DNA of 58,994 nucleotides from Candidatus Komeilibacteria bacterium (lineage in GTDB: Bacteria; Patescibacteriota; Patescibacteriia; UBA1558; UBA10009). The notes below the pieces were generated by a model. It worked only from the letters and a program-made list of their open reading frames with translations. It made no database searches and was not told the DNA's origin. The translations under genes and the position numbers were made by a program. Positions 42,522 through 51,453 of the stretch are shown piece after piece; the first letter of the stretch is position 1, and each line of letters begins with the position of its first letter. The stretch covers positions 68,845 through 127,838 of the forward strand of contig JAUYIT010000017.1 in NCBI GenBank assembly GCA_030688315.1, given 5' to 3'.

Positions 42522-43349
42522 TTAAACCTTTGGCAAGGGTTTATTTTTAAATTTAAAATGATACTTTAGCCAGCTATGCAGATGGATTCTGGCCGGGCGA
42601 GAGGAAATAATATTCAAAAAACCGCTTTCGGCCGAAAGCCGCTGATGGAAATGAATGGCTGAAACGGTGGGCACATACCAAACTTCAAAATTATTTTCCC
42701 AAAACCGGCGGCACCAATCCAAATCTTCCAGATATAAAAAATAACGCTCGTCCAGTAAACCGACTTTAGCCAAGGCCGACTGCCGAACCATTAAACAGGC
42801 GCCGTACAGCCAGGGCGCCCGGCGCGGCTCACTAAGATTTTCATCCTGCATTTGGTAATGCCTAAGCCAAGCTTGACCCGATTTGGTTCTGCCCAAAAAA
42901 GTCCGCCTAAAAAATGGCAAACGCCAATCAGGAAAATTAAGGCAGGTATATTGCAAAGTGTTATCGGGATTTAAAACTTTTGGGCCGCTCAATCCGACTT
43001 GAGGGTTTTTTTCCATAAAATCCAGCAGGCCTAAAACCGCTTTTTGGGTCAGATAAACATCTGGATTTAAAATCAAAACGTATTTGCCTAGCGCCTGTTT
43101 AATGCCCAAATTATTGCCGGCCGCGTAACCGTGGTTAATGCTGGCCCGCACAAACTTAACCGTCATAAACTCATTTTTTAGCAGCGTTTCAATCCCGTCG
43201 CCCGAAGCGTTATCCACCACAATGATCTCGTGTGCGACGGGTAAATTTAACGACAGCAAATTTTTAAGGCAATATTTTACCAGCCCTTGTTGTTTGTAGT
43301 TTAAAATGATGATTGATAGATCCATAATAACAGTCTTTATTGATACCAC
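42522..43349 (-). CDS. family 2 glycosyltransferase
   Basis: LSIIILNYK, VVDNASGDG, NHGYAAGNN, LNPDV, LYLEDLDWCRR. An alternative ATG at 43325 would remove the overlap with the upstream gene. Confidence 0.85.
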   Translation of the reverse strand: MVSIKTVIMDLSIIILNYKQQGLVKYCLKNLLSLNLPVAHEIIVVDNASGDGIETLLKNEFMTVKFVRASINHGYAAGNNLGIKQALGKYVLILNPDVYLTQKAVLGLLDFMEKNPQVGLSGPKVLNPDNTLQYTCLNFPDWRLPFFRRTFLGRTKSGQAWLRHYQMQDENLSEPRRAPWLYGACLMVRQSALAKVGLLDERYFLYLEDLDWCRRFWENNFEVWYVPTVSAIHFHQRLSAESGFLNIISSRPARIHLHSWLKYHFKFKNKPLPKV

Positions 43350-44368
43350 TTGGCCAATTCGTCGGCGGAAATTTTTCTGATCTTTTTAATAATAAACTTC
43401 CGTTTGGCTAAGGCCTTTTTTTTCTGTTTGCGGTACATGGCCAAGCCGGCTAAAGTGGACTGTTCAAAAAAAATCAGCCAACCGAACTTTTTTAATTCAT
43501 AAAAAAAGATGGGGAAAAAGAATTTGATAAAATTGCCAAAAAATTCATTCTTTAACAGGGTCAGTAAATGATTTTTATAGGAATATACTTTAACCTGCCG
43601 ATCCTTGCCCCGCCTGGCTCGCTTAACGGCCCGATCGCTTAAATCAACTCCGCCTTTGGCGGTACGATCGTGGTAAGCAACGGCGCCGGGCAAATAAAAC
43701 GATTTAAACCCGGCTAGGCGCAAACGATAAGCCAAATCAACATCTTCCTTGTAGGAAAAAAAATCTTCGTCCAGATACTCGCTGACTTTTAATCCCTGAT
43801 CAAGGGTAACTTTAACCTCATCCAGCGCACTGCGGCGGTAAATGGGCACGGCGCCCGAGACCCCAAAAACTTCTTCATTTTGATCAAATTGACCCTGATC
43901 TTCCTCGCCTTGGCCGATTTCCACCACCCGGTGGTTTTTTAAAACCCGCAAACCCAAAGAATCAATCAATTTAGTTCTTTGATTCTTTTCAAAATCCCAA
44001 GCCAAAACTTTGCCCGAGACGGCAGCGGCTTCAGGGTGCTGATCCAAAAATTCCAACGCTCGCAACAAATAATTTTTATCCAGCAAAATATCCTGATTAA
44101 GCATCATCACGTAAACGCTGTCGCTCCAGCATATGGCCTGGTTATGCGCCTTGGCAAATCCTAGATTCTTAGGGTGCTCCACCAGGGATATTTGCGGATA
44201 ATTTTCCTTGATAAACCTGACCGTGTCGTCGTTTGAGCCGTTATCGATAATTAACAAACTAAAATCCTGGCTGGTCTGCTCAAAAACCGATTTTAAGCAA
44301 AACGACAAATACCTGGTGCCGTTGCTGGTTACCAAACTGATGGCTAATTTTGCCTTAACTTTTTCCAT
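43337..44368 (-). CDS. family 2 glycosyltransferase (rhamnosyltransferase-like)
   Basis: SLVTSNG, IIDNGSNDDT, NLGFAKAHN, LNQDI, YKEDVDLAYR. Confidence 0.85.
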   Translation of the reverse strand: MEKVKAKLAISLVTSNGTRYLSFCLKSVFEQTSQDFSLLIIDNGSNDDTVRFIKENYPQISLVEHPKNLGFAKAHNQAICWSDSVYVMMLNQDILLDKNYLLRALEFLDQHPEAAAVSGKVLAWDFEKNQRTKLIDSLGLRVLKNHRVVEIGQGEEDQGQFDQNEEVFGVSGAVPIYRRSALDEVKVTLDQGLKVSEYLDEDFFSYKEDVDLAYRLRLAGFKSFYLPGAVAYHDRTAKGGVDLSDRAVKRARRGKDRQVKVYSYKNHLLTLLKNEFFGNFIKFFFPIFFYELKKFGWLIFFEQSTLAGLAMYRKQKKKALAKRKFIIKKIRKISADELAKWYQ

Positions 44369-45815
44369 GATTTTCTGTCTTATTCTGTTCCAGATTGATT
44401 ATGGCGGTCATCATTATTATATAACCAATGCCCAAAGGATGATTCAAATAAGGGCTAAAAATGCTGGTTATGGCAATGGCCGCTAGCCCAACCGCCAGAC
44501 CAATCCCCAAAGGACCTGATTTTAGACCGGACAGCCCTATCTTAGCGATTAAAAGTAAATATGCCAATAGCCCCAACAAGCCCAGTTTAAGCCAAATATC
44601 CAAATAGCCCCATTCAAAGGCATAGGTACTGTACAAGCCGTCGGGCTGATCCCGTAACACCCGGGGGTCGCTGGAAACATAACTGACTTCCGCGCCAAAG
44701 CCGGAGCCCAAGATCATGGGCTGGTTGGCTATTTTATCAGCCAGCGGTTTAAGCTGTTGCAAACGGCTTTGTCCGGCTGGGTCGCCCGAGGCCTGACCCA
44801 AACGCGCGCCTAAGGCGGCCTGAACAAAATTGCCGGTTAGCGCCTGCAAAAAAACCACCATAACCGTTAGAATAATTATTAATGACGAAAACTTCTGAAA
44901 TAAAACTTGGGCTGGAATTTTAACTTTAATAAATAAATAACCGAGCAAAAAAATAGCGCCGCCAAACCAACCGACCCAATAACTTCTGGATAAACTGATC
45001 AGCAAAGCCAAACTGCTTAAAATAACCGCCGACCAGAGCAGATTTTTTTTAATATTCTGCCAGCGGTCAAAAAATAGCAGCGTTAGAGCAATAAAAAATC
45101 CGGCCAGCAAATAAACCTGCGACTGGCTAAAAATCCGGAACAGATTATCGGCAATAAAAGTGGGCTCGGCCAGCCGGCTGTATCTTAACCACTCATAAAC
45201 GCAGTCAACAAAGTTCGGCCAGCCATAGGCAAAAATTATCAGCAAATAAAGAGTTTTAACCGATAAAAATACCAGGGCGCTAAAAAAAACCGTCAAAACT
45301 TCTTTAACTCTTTGAAAGTTATTGATGGCCGCAAAAGCCGCAGGCGCCAACAGCCAAAACAGCCAGCCGTTAAAATCATGGAACCAGCTGACCGAGGAAT
45401 TATTGAGCAGGCCGCCGATAGCGGCCAAAATAATAAAAATGAACAACGGCAGATAATACGGTAAAAATTTTGATTGGAAAAATTCCCTGCCCTTCTTGAA
45501 TAATAATCCAATCAGCCAAACTAACAAAACCGTGATAAACAATCCTTTTCTTAAGGAAATTTGCTGGCCGGCTAGGGTTAAATCAAATAAATGCCCTTGC
45601 GAACCGATCATTAGTTCCGCCAGCACAACGTAAAAACCCCAGCGCAAATCTTTGATGGATAAAATTAAAACCGCCAAAATTATCAACAGATAAATAATGT
45701 TGGCCAGCGCCGTCCAGTTTGACGCCAGATATGAAATCAAATCTGCCAGAATTAACAGCGGCAAAAAAATCAGGAAGATTTTTAATAAATATTTATCTAA
45801 CATTTTTTGGAGCAA
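44355..45815 (-). CDS. O-antigen ligase/polymerase-like (Wzy_C-type) polytopic membrane protein
   Basis: At least 10 TM helices and a LISLSRSYWVGWFGG block resembling the Wzy_C motif. Located inside the glycosyltransferase cluster. Confidence 0.7.
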   Translation of the reverse strand: MLQKMLDKYLLKIFLIFLPLLILADLISYLASNWTALANIIYLLIILAVLILSIKDLRWGFYVVLAELMIGSQGHLFDLTLAGQQISLRKGLFITVLLVWLIGLLFKKGREFFQSKFLPYYLPLFIFIILAAIGGLLNNSSVSWFHDFNGWLFWLLAPAAFAAINNFQRVKEVLTVFFSALVFLSVKTLYLLIIFAYGWPNFVDCVYEWLRYSRLAEPTFIADNLFRIFSQSQVYLLAGFFIALTLLFFDRWQNIKKNLLWSAVILSSLALLISLSRSYWVGWFGGAIFLLGYLFIKVKIPAQVLFQKFSSLIIILTVMVVFLQALTGNFVQAALGARLGQASGDPAGQSRLQQLKPLADKIANQPMILGSGFGAEVSYVSSDPRVLRDQPDGLYSTYAFEWGYLDIWLKLGLLGLLAYLLLIAKIGLSGLKSGPLGIGLAVGLAAIAITSIFSPYLNHPLGIGYIIMMTAIINLEQNKTENHGKS

Positions 45816-46632
45816 ATACCGAAAACAGCAAACTAATCGGCGTTAATAATAAGATCAATAAATAGGCGTAAAGCCCTTGGTGTTTTTTAACGTAGCGGAG
45901 GCGGCTTTGGCTAAAAATCCATTGCTTTTTTAAATTAAACGCCTCGCGCTTAAAGCTTTGGCCGCCGTAATGCACCACCGCCGCCTCCGCGTAATAATAA
46001 ACCTTAAAACCCTGATTAATCATCCGCCGGCATAAATCCACTTCTTCAAATAATAAATAATAACCTTCGTCCCAATTGCCGGTTTTAACTAAAGCTGATC
46101 GGTTGACCATAAAAAACGCGCCCATTACCTGGTCAATCTGTTGGCTGTGCTGATAATTAAAATCCAGCGCAAAGTAATTTTTTAAGGGCAACAGATGATG
46201 CAGTTTAAAAATCATCAACAGATGATCTGCTACCGATGGGAACCGCCTAACTGATGGTTGAAGAGACAAATCATGATTTAAAAGCTTACAACCCAGTACG
46301 CCGATTTGGCCGTCATTTTCCATTTTCCGCACGCAATTTAAAAGGGCGTTATCCAAAAATTTGGTATCCGGATTTAAAAACAGCAAATAGCGGCCGCTGG
46401 CCTGTCTTAATCCCAAATTATTGGCTTTGGCAAAACCCAAATTAATTTGGCTGGCAATAATTTTAACTTGCGGAAAATTTTCTTGAATCATTTCCACGGT
46501 ACCGTCGCCGGAATCGTTGTCAATCACAATCACTTCAAAATCCAAGCCGTTGGCATGTTGATACAAGGACTTTAAACATTCAAACAAAAGTTCTTTAACC
46601 CTCCAGGAAACAATGATGACAGATAAATCCAT
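45793..46632 (-). CDS. family 2 glycosyltransferase
   Basis: LSVIIVSWR, VIDNDSGDGT, NLGFAKANN, LNPDT, LFEEVDLCRR. Confidence 0.85.
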   Translation of the reverse strand: MDLSVIIVSWRVKELLFECLKSLYQHANGLDFEVIVIDNDSGDGTVEMIQENFPQVKIIASQINLGFAKANNLGLRQASGRYLLFLNPDTKFLDNALLNCVRKMENDGQIGVLGCKLLNHDLSLQPSVRRFPSVADHLLMIFKLHHLLPLKNYFALDFNYQHSQQIDQVMGAFFMVNRSALVKTGNWDEGYYLLFEEVDLCRRMINQGFKVYYYAEAAVVHYGGQSFKREAFNLKKQWIFSQSRLRYVKKHQGLYAYLLILLLTPISLLFSVFAPKNVR

Positions 46633-46634
46633 AA

Positions 46635-47801
46635 CTAAAGTTTTTGCTGAATAATTTCCAGCATTCGTTCGGCGCGCTTAAGCCAAGTATGATCCTTGAC
46701 CAGATTTATTCTTTGCTGACGCAAAAAATCCGAATCGTCGCGCAAAGAATTATTGACCGCCAGATTAAACATTTGCCAGTCCGCTTCAACACAAACATGC
46801 TCCGAAAATTCGGGCAAACCAACGCCTTGCGTGGACACTACCGCCTTGCCGCAGGCCAGATAATCAAAAATTTTCATGGGGTTGGTGGACTTGAGAAAAT
46901 TATCAACCTTATGCGGAATAATACCCAAATCAAAATGCTGGATGTACATGGGCGACTCCTCATAGCTTTTGCGGCCCAAAAAATGAATATTGCGGTAAGC
47001 ACCCAAGGCATCGCTGATTTTTTTATGCCACACCGGGCCCACCAGTACAAAAGATTTTTCCGGATTGCTCTTGGCCAGGTAGGCCAGCAAATCCGTGTCC
47101 AGCCGGTCCTGAATAGTGCCAATGTAACCCAAAATGGGATGGCTGATGTGGCCGATATCACGGTTAATAATGGGATAATGCTTTTGAAAATGTTTTAAAT
47201 CCACGCCATTCGGAAGCCAGTGGATTATTTCTTTGCGGCTAAACAGTTTTTGCAGTTCTTCGGAAACCGTAAAAATAATATCGGCTTTTTGATCGATAAT
47301 CTTATAATTGTCGTTTAATCTTTTTTTGAATTTAGCTAAAGAAGGATGTTCCGCCCAATTATCCACGGCGTCAAAAATTTTAAGTTTCGCGGGTAAGCTG
47401 TCAAAATATCCGGTTGTTAAAGGATAAAAGGACCAGATAATATAATCATCGTCAAAATAACTTTCCGCCAGTTTTTTTAAATCCTGATAAAATTTACTTA
47501 AGGAAAAAACCGGCCAGATTGATGAGTGAATCATTAACTTGTCGCCGGTATAAATGGTTTTAGAAAAAAACGATTTTTTTAAAATCGGCAACTTACCCTT
47601 GGCTAAAATATCGTCTTTTAATATTCTTGTCGCTCTTTTGTAAGTGTGCGGCAAAAAATCCACGGCCAAAATTTTATTGACTTTTTCATTAACCAACAGC
47701 TGTTCAAAAATCTGGCGGTTGCGGTTGGAAACGCCCTTTTGCCAGTCCGAATAAGCGGACATGTTAAACATCAAAATATTCAGTTTTTTTTCATTGGGCA
47801 T
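46635..47801 (-). CDS. GT-B-fold glycosyltransferase (GT4/TuaH-like)
   Basis: The C-terminal half (ILGYIGTI...FVLVGP...HFLG...NPMKIFDYLACGKAVVST) resembles the nucleotide-sugar-binding half of group 1 glycosyltransferases. Confidence 0.65.
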   Translation of the reverse strand: MPNEKKLNILMFNMSAYSDWQKGVSNRNRQIFEQLLVNEKVNKILAVDFLPHTYKRATRILKDDILAKGKLPILKKSFFSKTIYTGDKLMIHSSIWPVFSLSKFYQDLKKLAESYFDDDYIIWSFYPLTTGYFDSLPAKLKIFDAVDNWAEHPSLAKFKKRLNDNYKIIDQKADIIFTVSEELQKLFSRKEIIHWLPNGVDLKHFQKHYPIINRDIGHISHPILGYIGTIQDRLDTDLLAYLAKSNPEKSFVLVGPVWHKKISDALGAYRNIHFLGRKSYEESPMYIQHFDLGIIPHKVDNFLKSTNPMKIFDYLACGKAVVSTQGVGLPEFSEHVCVEADWQMFNLAVNNSLRDDSDFLRQQRINLVKDHTWLKRAERMLEIIQQKL

Positions 47802-48870
47802 AAATTCTTTTGTTTAATTTTGCGGCCTGCTTGTTCCAAATAAAATCCCGTTCAACTCTAATTCTGCCGTTAACGGAAAATTGTTGACGCAATTCTTTAT
47901 CTGACAGTAAAAAACTGATTTTTTCCGCCAAATCATCCTGATTATTCGGATCAACCAATAAACCCGTTTGGCCGTCAATTACCGCCTCCATAACTCCCCC
48001 GCTTTTACCGGCCACCGAGGGCAAACCGAACATAGCCGCTTCCAAATAAACAATACCAAAGCCCTCCACATCTCCGGCCAAATTTTCGGCCGGCATCACA
48101 AACAGGTCAGCCAACTGATAATAAGCCGGCAATTCCTCATCGCTAATGTTAGCTAAAAATATCACTTTGTTTTTTAAACCCAGCTTTAAACTTTGCGCTT
48201 TTAGTTTTTCGCCTTCCGGACCGTCGCCGATTACCAAATAAACCATTTCCGGAAACTTTTTTACCAAAGCGGGCATGGCCTGAATGACTTTTTGTTGACC
48301 TTTCCTGTTAACCAAACGGCCGACGGTCAACAAAACTTTTTTATCTTCCAAACCCAGTTCCCGCTTAAGTTCCCGGATTTGTTCCAAACTGGAGGTTACA
48401 GCTTTAATATTAGGGCAGGGATAAATAACTTCTATCTTTTCTTCGGGTATTTCCAAATTTAACAATTGTTTTTTGGTAAATTTACTATTGGACGTAATAA
48501 ATTTTGACTCATTCAGAACTCGCCTCATGATCTTTTCTTTACGCAATGACTTTTGCGGCAACATAATATCCAACCCGTGGGTGGAAACAAAATAAGGTAT
48601 CTTAAAGAACTTCTTGATTAATAGAGCGACCGTACCTATAGGCAAAACCTGGCCAACCCAAATTAAATCAGGCCGATCTTTTTTGACTAATTTCCTAATT
48701 TGAAAAAACAACTTCAACCACTTAGGCCAAAAATATTTGTAAAATGACGTTGAGCCGACCTCAAGAACGGATACCTGATGGCCTGATAAATTTTGGACTA
48801 AATTAAAATAATAATTCCCTACCCCGCCTTTAAATGGCGGCCATTCCATGGTTATCAGTAACAATTTCAT
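47791..48870 (-). CDS. family 4 (group 1) glycosyltransferase
   Basis: PPFKGGVGNY N-terminus and EGFGIVYLEAAMFGLPSVAGKSGGVMEAV (E-x7-E motif). Confidence 0.85.
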   Translation of the reverse strand: MKLLLITMEWPPFKGGVGNYYFNLVQNLSGHQVSVLEVGSTSFYKYFWPKWLKLFFQIRKLVKKDRPDLIWVGQVLPIGTVALLIKKFFKIPYFVSTHGLDIMLPQKSLRKEKIMRRVLNESKFITSNSKFTKKQLLNLEIPEEKIEVIYPCPNIKAVTSSLEQIRELKRELGLEDKKVLLTVGRLVNRKGQQKVIQAMPALVKKFPEMVYLVIGDGPEGEKLKAQSLKLGLKNKVIFLANISDEELPAYYQLADLFVMPAENLAGDVEGFGIVYLEAAMFGLPSVAGKSGGVMEAVIDGQTGLLVDPNNQDDLAEKISFLLSDKELRQQFSVNGRIRVERDFIWNKQAAKLNKRIYAQ

Positions 48871-50312
48871 GAACTTTTTTTAAAACTGGCTTTGACCAGA
48901 AAAAAATCTTCTTTAGTCAGTCCTTTTAATAAATAAACCAAGATCAGATAAATCAGCACGCCAATCGGTATTAACAAAATAAAATTGATAAAATTAAGCA
49001 GATACGATAAGGATAAATACATGCTAAGGCCGGCAAATAAAATCGCGCCGAATTTGGCCAGCAAGTATTTAACGTCCAGCCCGATGATTTGCCTAGCCAC
49101 GTACAGTTGCAAGGCAAACATCAGCACGGTACTGATGCTGGAAGCCACAGCCGCGCCGTTATAGCTGTATTTGGGAATCAGCCATAAATTTAACAGCAGA
49201 TTAAAAACCATCACGATGGCGATATGAATAGTATTACGGTTTTGTCGGTTGCAGGCATTGAGCAATGAACCCAACGGAAAATTCAAAAATAAAAAAATCA
49301 AACTGACCAATAAAATTTGCAAAGGCAAAATTGACGGCTCATATTCGCCGGTATAAACCTTAAGCATTAACGGCCGGGCCAAAGCCGTTAAACCCAAACT
49401 GACCGGCACGCCGATTAGTCCCAAAAATACCAGAGATTTTTGAAAAGTTGACTTGAGCAATTCCTTACTTTGCACAAAGTAGGAAGAAAAAGCCGGATAT
49501 AAAGAAGCCACTAAAGCCATGGGAATAAACTGCAACGAAAAGGCAATTTTATAAGGAATACTGTAATAACCCACCGCTTGAGCGTCAATCATTTGGTTCA
49601 ATAACACCGTATCCAAATAGCCGTACACTCTGGTAAAAATGGCGGCTAAAGCAAAAGGCACCGTAAATAACAACAAAGCTTTAACTATACCTCTATCAAC
49701 TTTAGACAAAAACTTTAAACCCAACTTGATTTTTAATAAAATTCCCGAATAACAAAAATTGAAAAAACTGGCAAATAAAATGGCCAGAATTAAAAACCTT
49801 AAGTCATCGGTCAAATTGACAATAATAATGCCGGCCACAAAAACAATCAGCTGAAAGATGATGGTGCCTGCTGATTCTAATTTTAAATTCTGATGACCAC
49901 GTAAAAATGCGTAAAAAGTGAGAGTAAAGGAATCCAAAACCATAATGATGCCGGCCAGATAAACCAGCTGTTTGACCAAAACCGGATTATCCAGAAAATT
50001 AATGGTTAAAAAAACGGCCGCGTAAACTAGAATTGCCAAAGGTACTTTTACGGCCATTACCGCCGTCAAATACTGCTGGCTTTTTTCTTTAAACTTGGCC
50101 ACTTCCCTTACCAAAACATTAGAAAGTCCGACATCGATCAGCACGGCAAAAATGGTGGTAAAGTACAGGGCAAAAGTGTAACTACCCAAACTCCCCGCTC
50201 CGATTTTAACCGCGATATACGAAAAATAAACAAAAGAAATGATCTTTTGGATAACCAGCGCTGACGTAAAATAACTGGTGTTTTTAGCAATTTTGGAAGC
50301 TTGATATTCCAT
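48867..50312 (-). CDS. Wzx-like polysaccharide flippase (MOP superfamily)
   Basis: 481 aa with about 12-14 TM helices. N-terminal KNTSYFTSALVIQKIISFVYFSYIA pattern of polysaccharide biosynthesis (Wzx) proteins. First gene of the cluster. Confidence 0.8.
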   Translation of the reverse strand: MEYQASKIAKNTSYFTSALVIQKIISFVYFSYIAVKIGAGSLGSYTFALYFTTIFAVLIDVGLSNVLVREVAKFKEKSQQYLTAVMAVKVPLAILVYAAVFLTINFLDNPVLVKQLVYLAGIIMVLDSFTLTFYAFLRGHQNLKLESAGTIIFQLIVFVAGIIIVNLTDDLRFLILAILFASFFNFCYSGILLKIKLGLKFLSKVDRGIVKALLLFTVPFALAAIFTRVYGYLDTVLLNQMIDAQAVGYYSIPYKIAFSLQFIPMALVASLYPAFSSYFVQSKELLKSTFQKSLVFLGLIGVPVSLGLTALARPLMLKVYTGEYEPSILPLQILLVSLIFLFLNFPLGSLLNACNRQNRNTIHIAIVMVFNLLLNLWLIPKYSYNGAAVASSISTVLMFALQLYVARQIIGLDVKYLLAKFGAILFAGLSMYLSLSYLLNFINFILLIPIGVLIYLILVYLLKGLTKEDFFLVKASFKKSS

Positions 50313-50338
50313 ATTTTATTGCTAATTATAACAGAATC

Positions 50339-50367
50339 TTGACATTTTGGCAAAAAACATATAGGAT
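50339..50367 (+). promoter_or_regulatory. putative promoter of the cdd-like gene
   Basis: TTGACA (50339-50344), 17-nt spacer, TAGGAT (50362-50367). AGAGGA SD at 50388-50393, 6 nt before ATG 50400. Confidence 0.4.
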
Positions 50368-50399
50368 AAAACATTAACGTTCAATACAGAGGAAAAACA

Positions 50400-50975
50400 A
50401 TGTTTCAGGAAGAAATGCCCCCTGATCTATATAACCTCTATGTTCAGATTAGAGGTAATTTGCTTGATCGAGCCATTGCAGCCAGTCAACTGGGAATTTC
50501 TCACCGAGGATTCTAAGTTGGTTGCGCTTTGGCAGCGGTCAAACAAACTCCATGGCCTGAACCAATGCTCGAATCATTTAGTCCCGGGCAAATCCGATTT
50601 ATGCGGATTAATAATTGGCATCACTGGTCAATGGAGGTATTTGTTGGCTGGAATTTTAAACCGCTTGCTAAAGGCGGCTGGAAAACGTGCGCCGAAGAAA
50701 TGTCTCTGCTGGAAGCGCGGGAATGGGGCGCCGAGCAAATCATCGCCATCGCCATCGCCGGACCTGTCCAACCCGACGACCTTAGCGGTCACAAGGGTCT
50801 GGTTTTACACCCCTGCTATGGTTGCCGGCAAATGCTTTTAAGATCGGGTTTAGTTCAGTCCTATACCAAAATCCATGGTCTGGACACTTCAAGTGATGAT
50901 CCAAGAGGATTACCTCATGGATTCATGGACTTTAGTTACATTCTTCAGCTTCACCAATCCGCCAATTCTTATTGA
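50400..50975 (+). pseudogene. cdd: cytidine deaminase-like gene interrupted by one in-frame TAA (50514-50516)
   Basis: ATG 50400 with SD and promoter gives MFQEEMPPDLYNLYVQIRGNLLDRAIAASQLGISHRGF-TAA-VGCALAAVKQ... in one frame. Downstream zinc motifs TCAEEM and HPCYGCRQML are present. The stop falls in the variable position of the YS.F.VGAAL block. Confidence 0.6.
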
Positions 50976-50991
50976 AACGGCGGATTTTTTT
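50956..50991 (+). terminator. intrinsic terminator after the cdd-like gene
   Basis: AATCCGCC-(15 nt)-GGCGGATT followed by TTTTT. The hairpin spans the TGA stop. Confidence 0.5.
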
Positions 50992-51065
50992 ACTTGCATT
51001 TATTGGACAATTATACTAGGATTCAATTAACTACTTTCTTTCAAATTCTACCATCAGGAGGGGTT

Positions 51066-51371
51066 ATGCAAGCGGTTCAGTATCTTTGGACGCGTCCCGA
51101 TCTAATGATCGGCTATGCGACTATGTTATCATTTTTTGTTTGTACGTTTTTTTATTTCCGTGACTTGAATAAATCAGTCAAGGCGATGACCAAAACAAAG
51201 CTTTCTTTGGCGACAAAGTTATCTGGACTGATCACAATTTCGCTATTGGTCATAGAAGTAATTCTTTACTTAAACCTCATAGAGGTAATTGCGTTTATAC
51301 TCGTAGGGTTTATCGGCCTCAAGCTGGTTCAATTAATGCACTGGCTTGAAAAGAAGTATCCTTCATACTAA
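51066..51371 (+). CDS. small membrane protein (101 aa)
   Basis: AGGAGGGG SD directly upstream of ATG 51066. Encodes MQAVQYLWTRPDLMIGYATMLSFFVCTFFYF... with 3 predicted helices. The track's TTG 50994 start is rejected. Confidence 0.55.
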   Translation: MQAVQYLWTRPDLMIGYATMLSFFVCTFFYFRDLNKSVKAMTKTKLSLATKLSGLITISLLVIEVILYLNLIEVIAFILVGFIGLKLVQLMHWLEKKYPSY

Positions 51372-51380
51372 CCTTACGCA

Positions 51381-51416
51381 AGGGCTATTGAATTTATTCA
51401 ATGCCCTATTTTTTTT
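51381..51416 (+). terminator. intrinsic terminator
   Basis: AGGGC-T-ATTGAAT-TT-ATTCAAT-GCCCT hairpin followed by a T-run (51409-51416). Confidence 0.65.
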
Positions 51417-51453
51417 CAAAAATACTAAGGATTCTTGATTAATTTATCTTTAC

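Noticed and set aside
46644-47198. 184-aa plus-strand ORF antisense to the GT-B glycosyltransferase. Similar long antisense ORFs occur at 2801-3292, 13720-14175, 26324-26716, 51457-51945 and 53284-53712.
   Set aside because: All lie fully inside well-supported genes on the opposite strand and have biased, repetitive translations and no start signals. They are typical antisense shadow ORFs.
50440-50841. 133-aa alternative-frame ORF overlapping the cdd-like gene.
   Set aside because: It has no recognisable motifs and a low-complexity, Pro/Ser/Gly-rich translation. The other frame carries the CAE/PCxxC deaminase motifs, so this is a shadow ORF.
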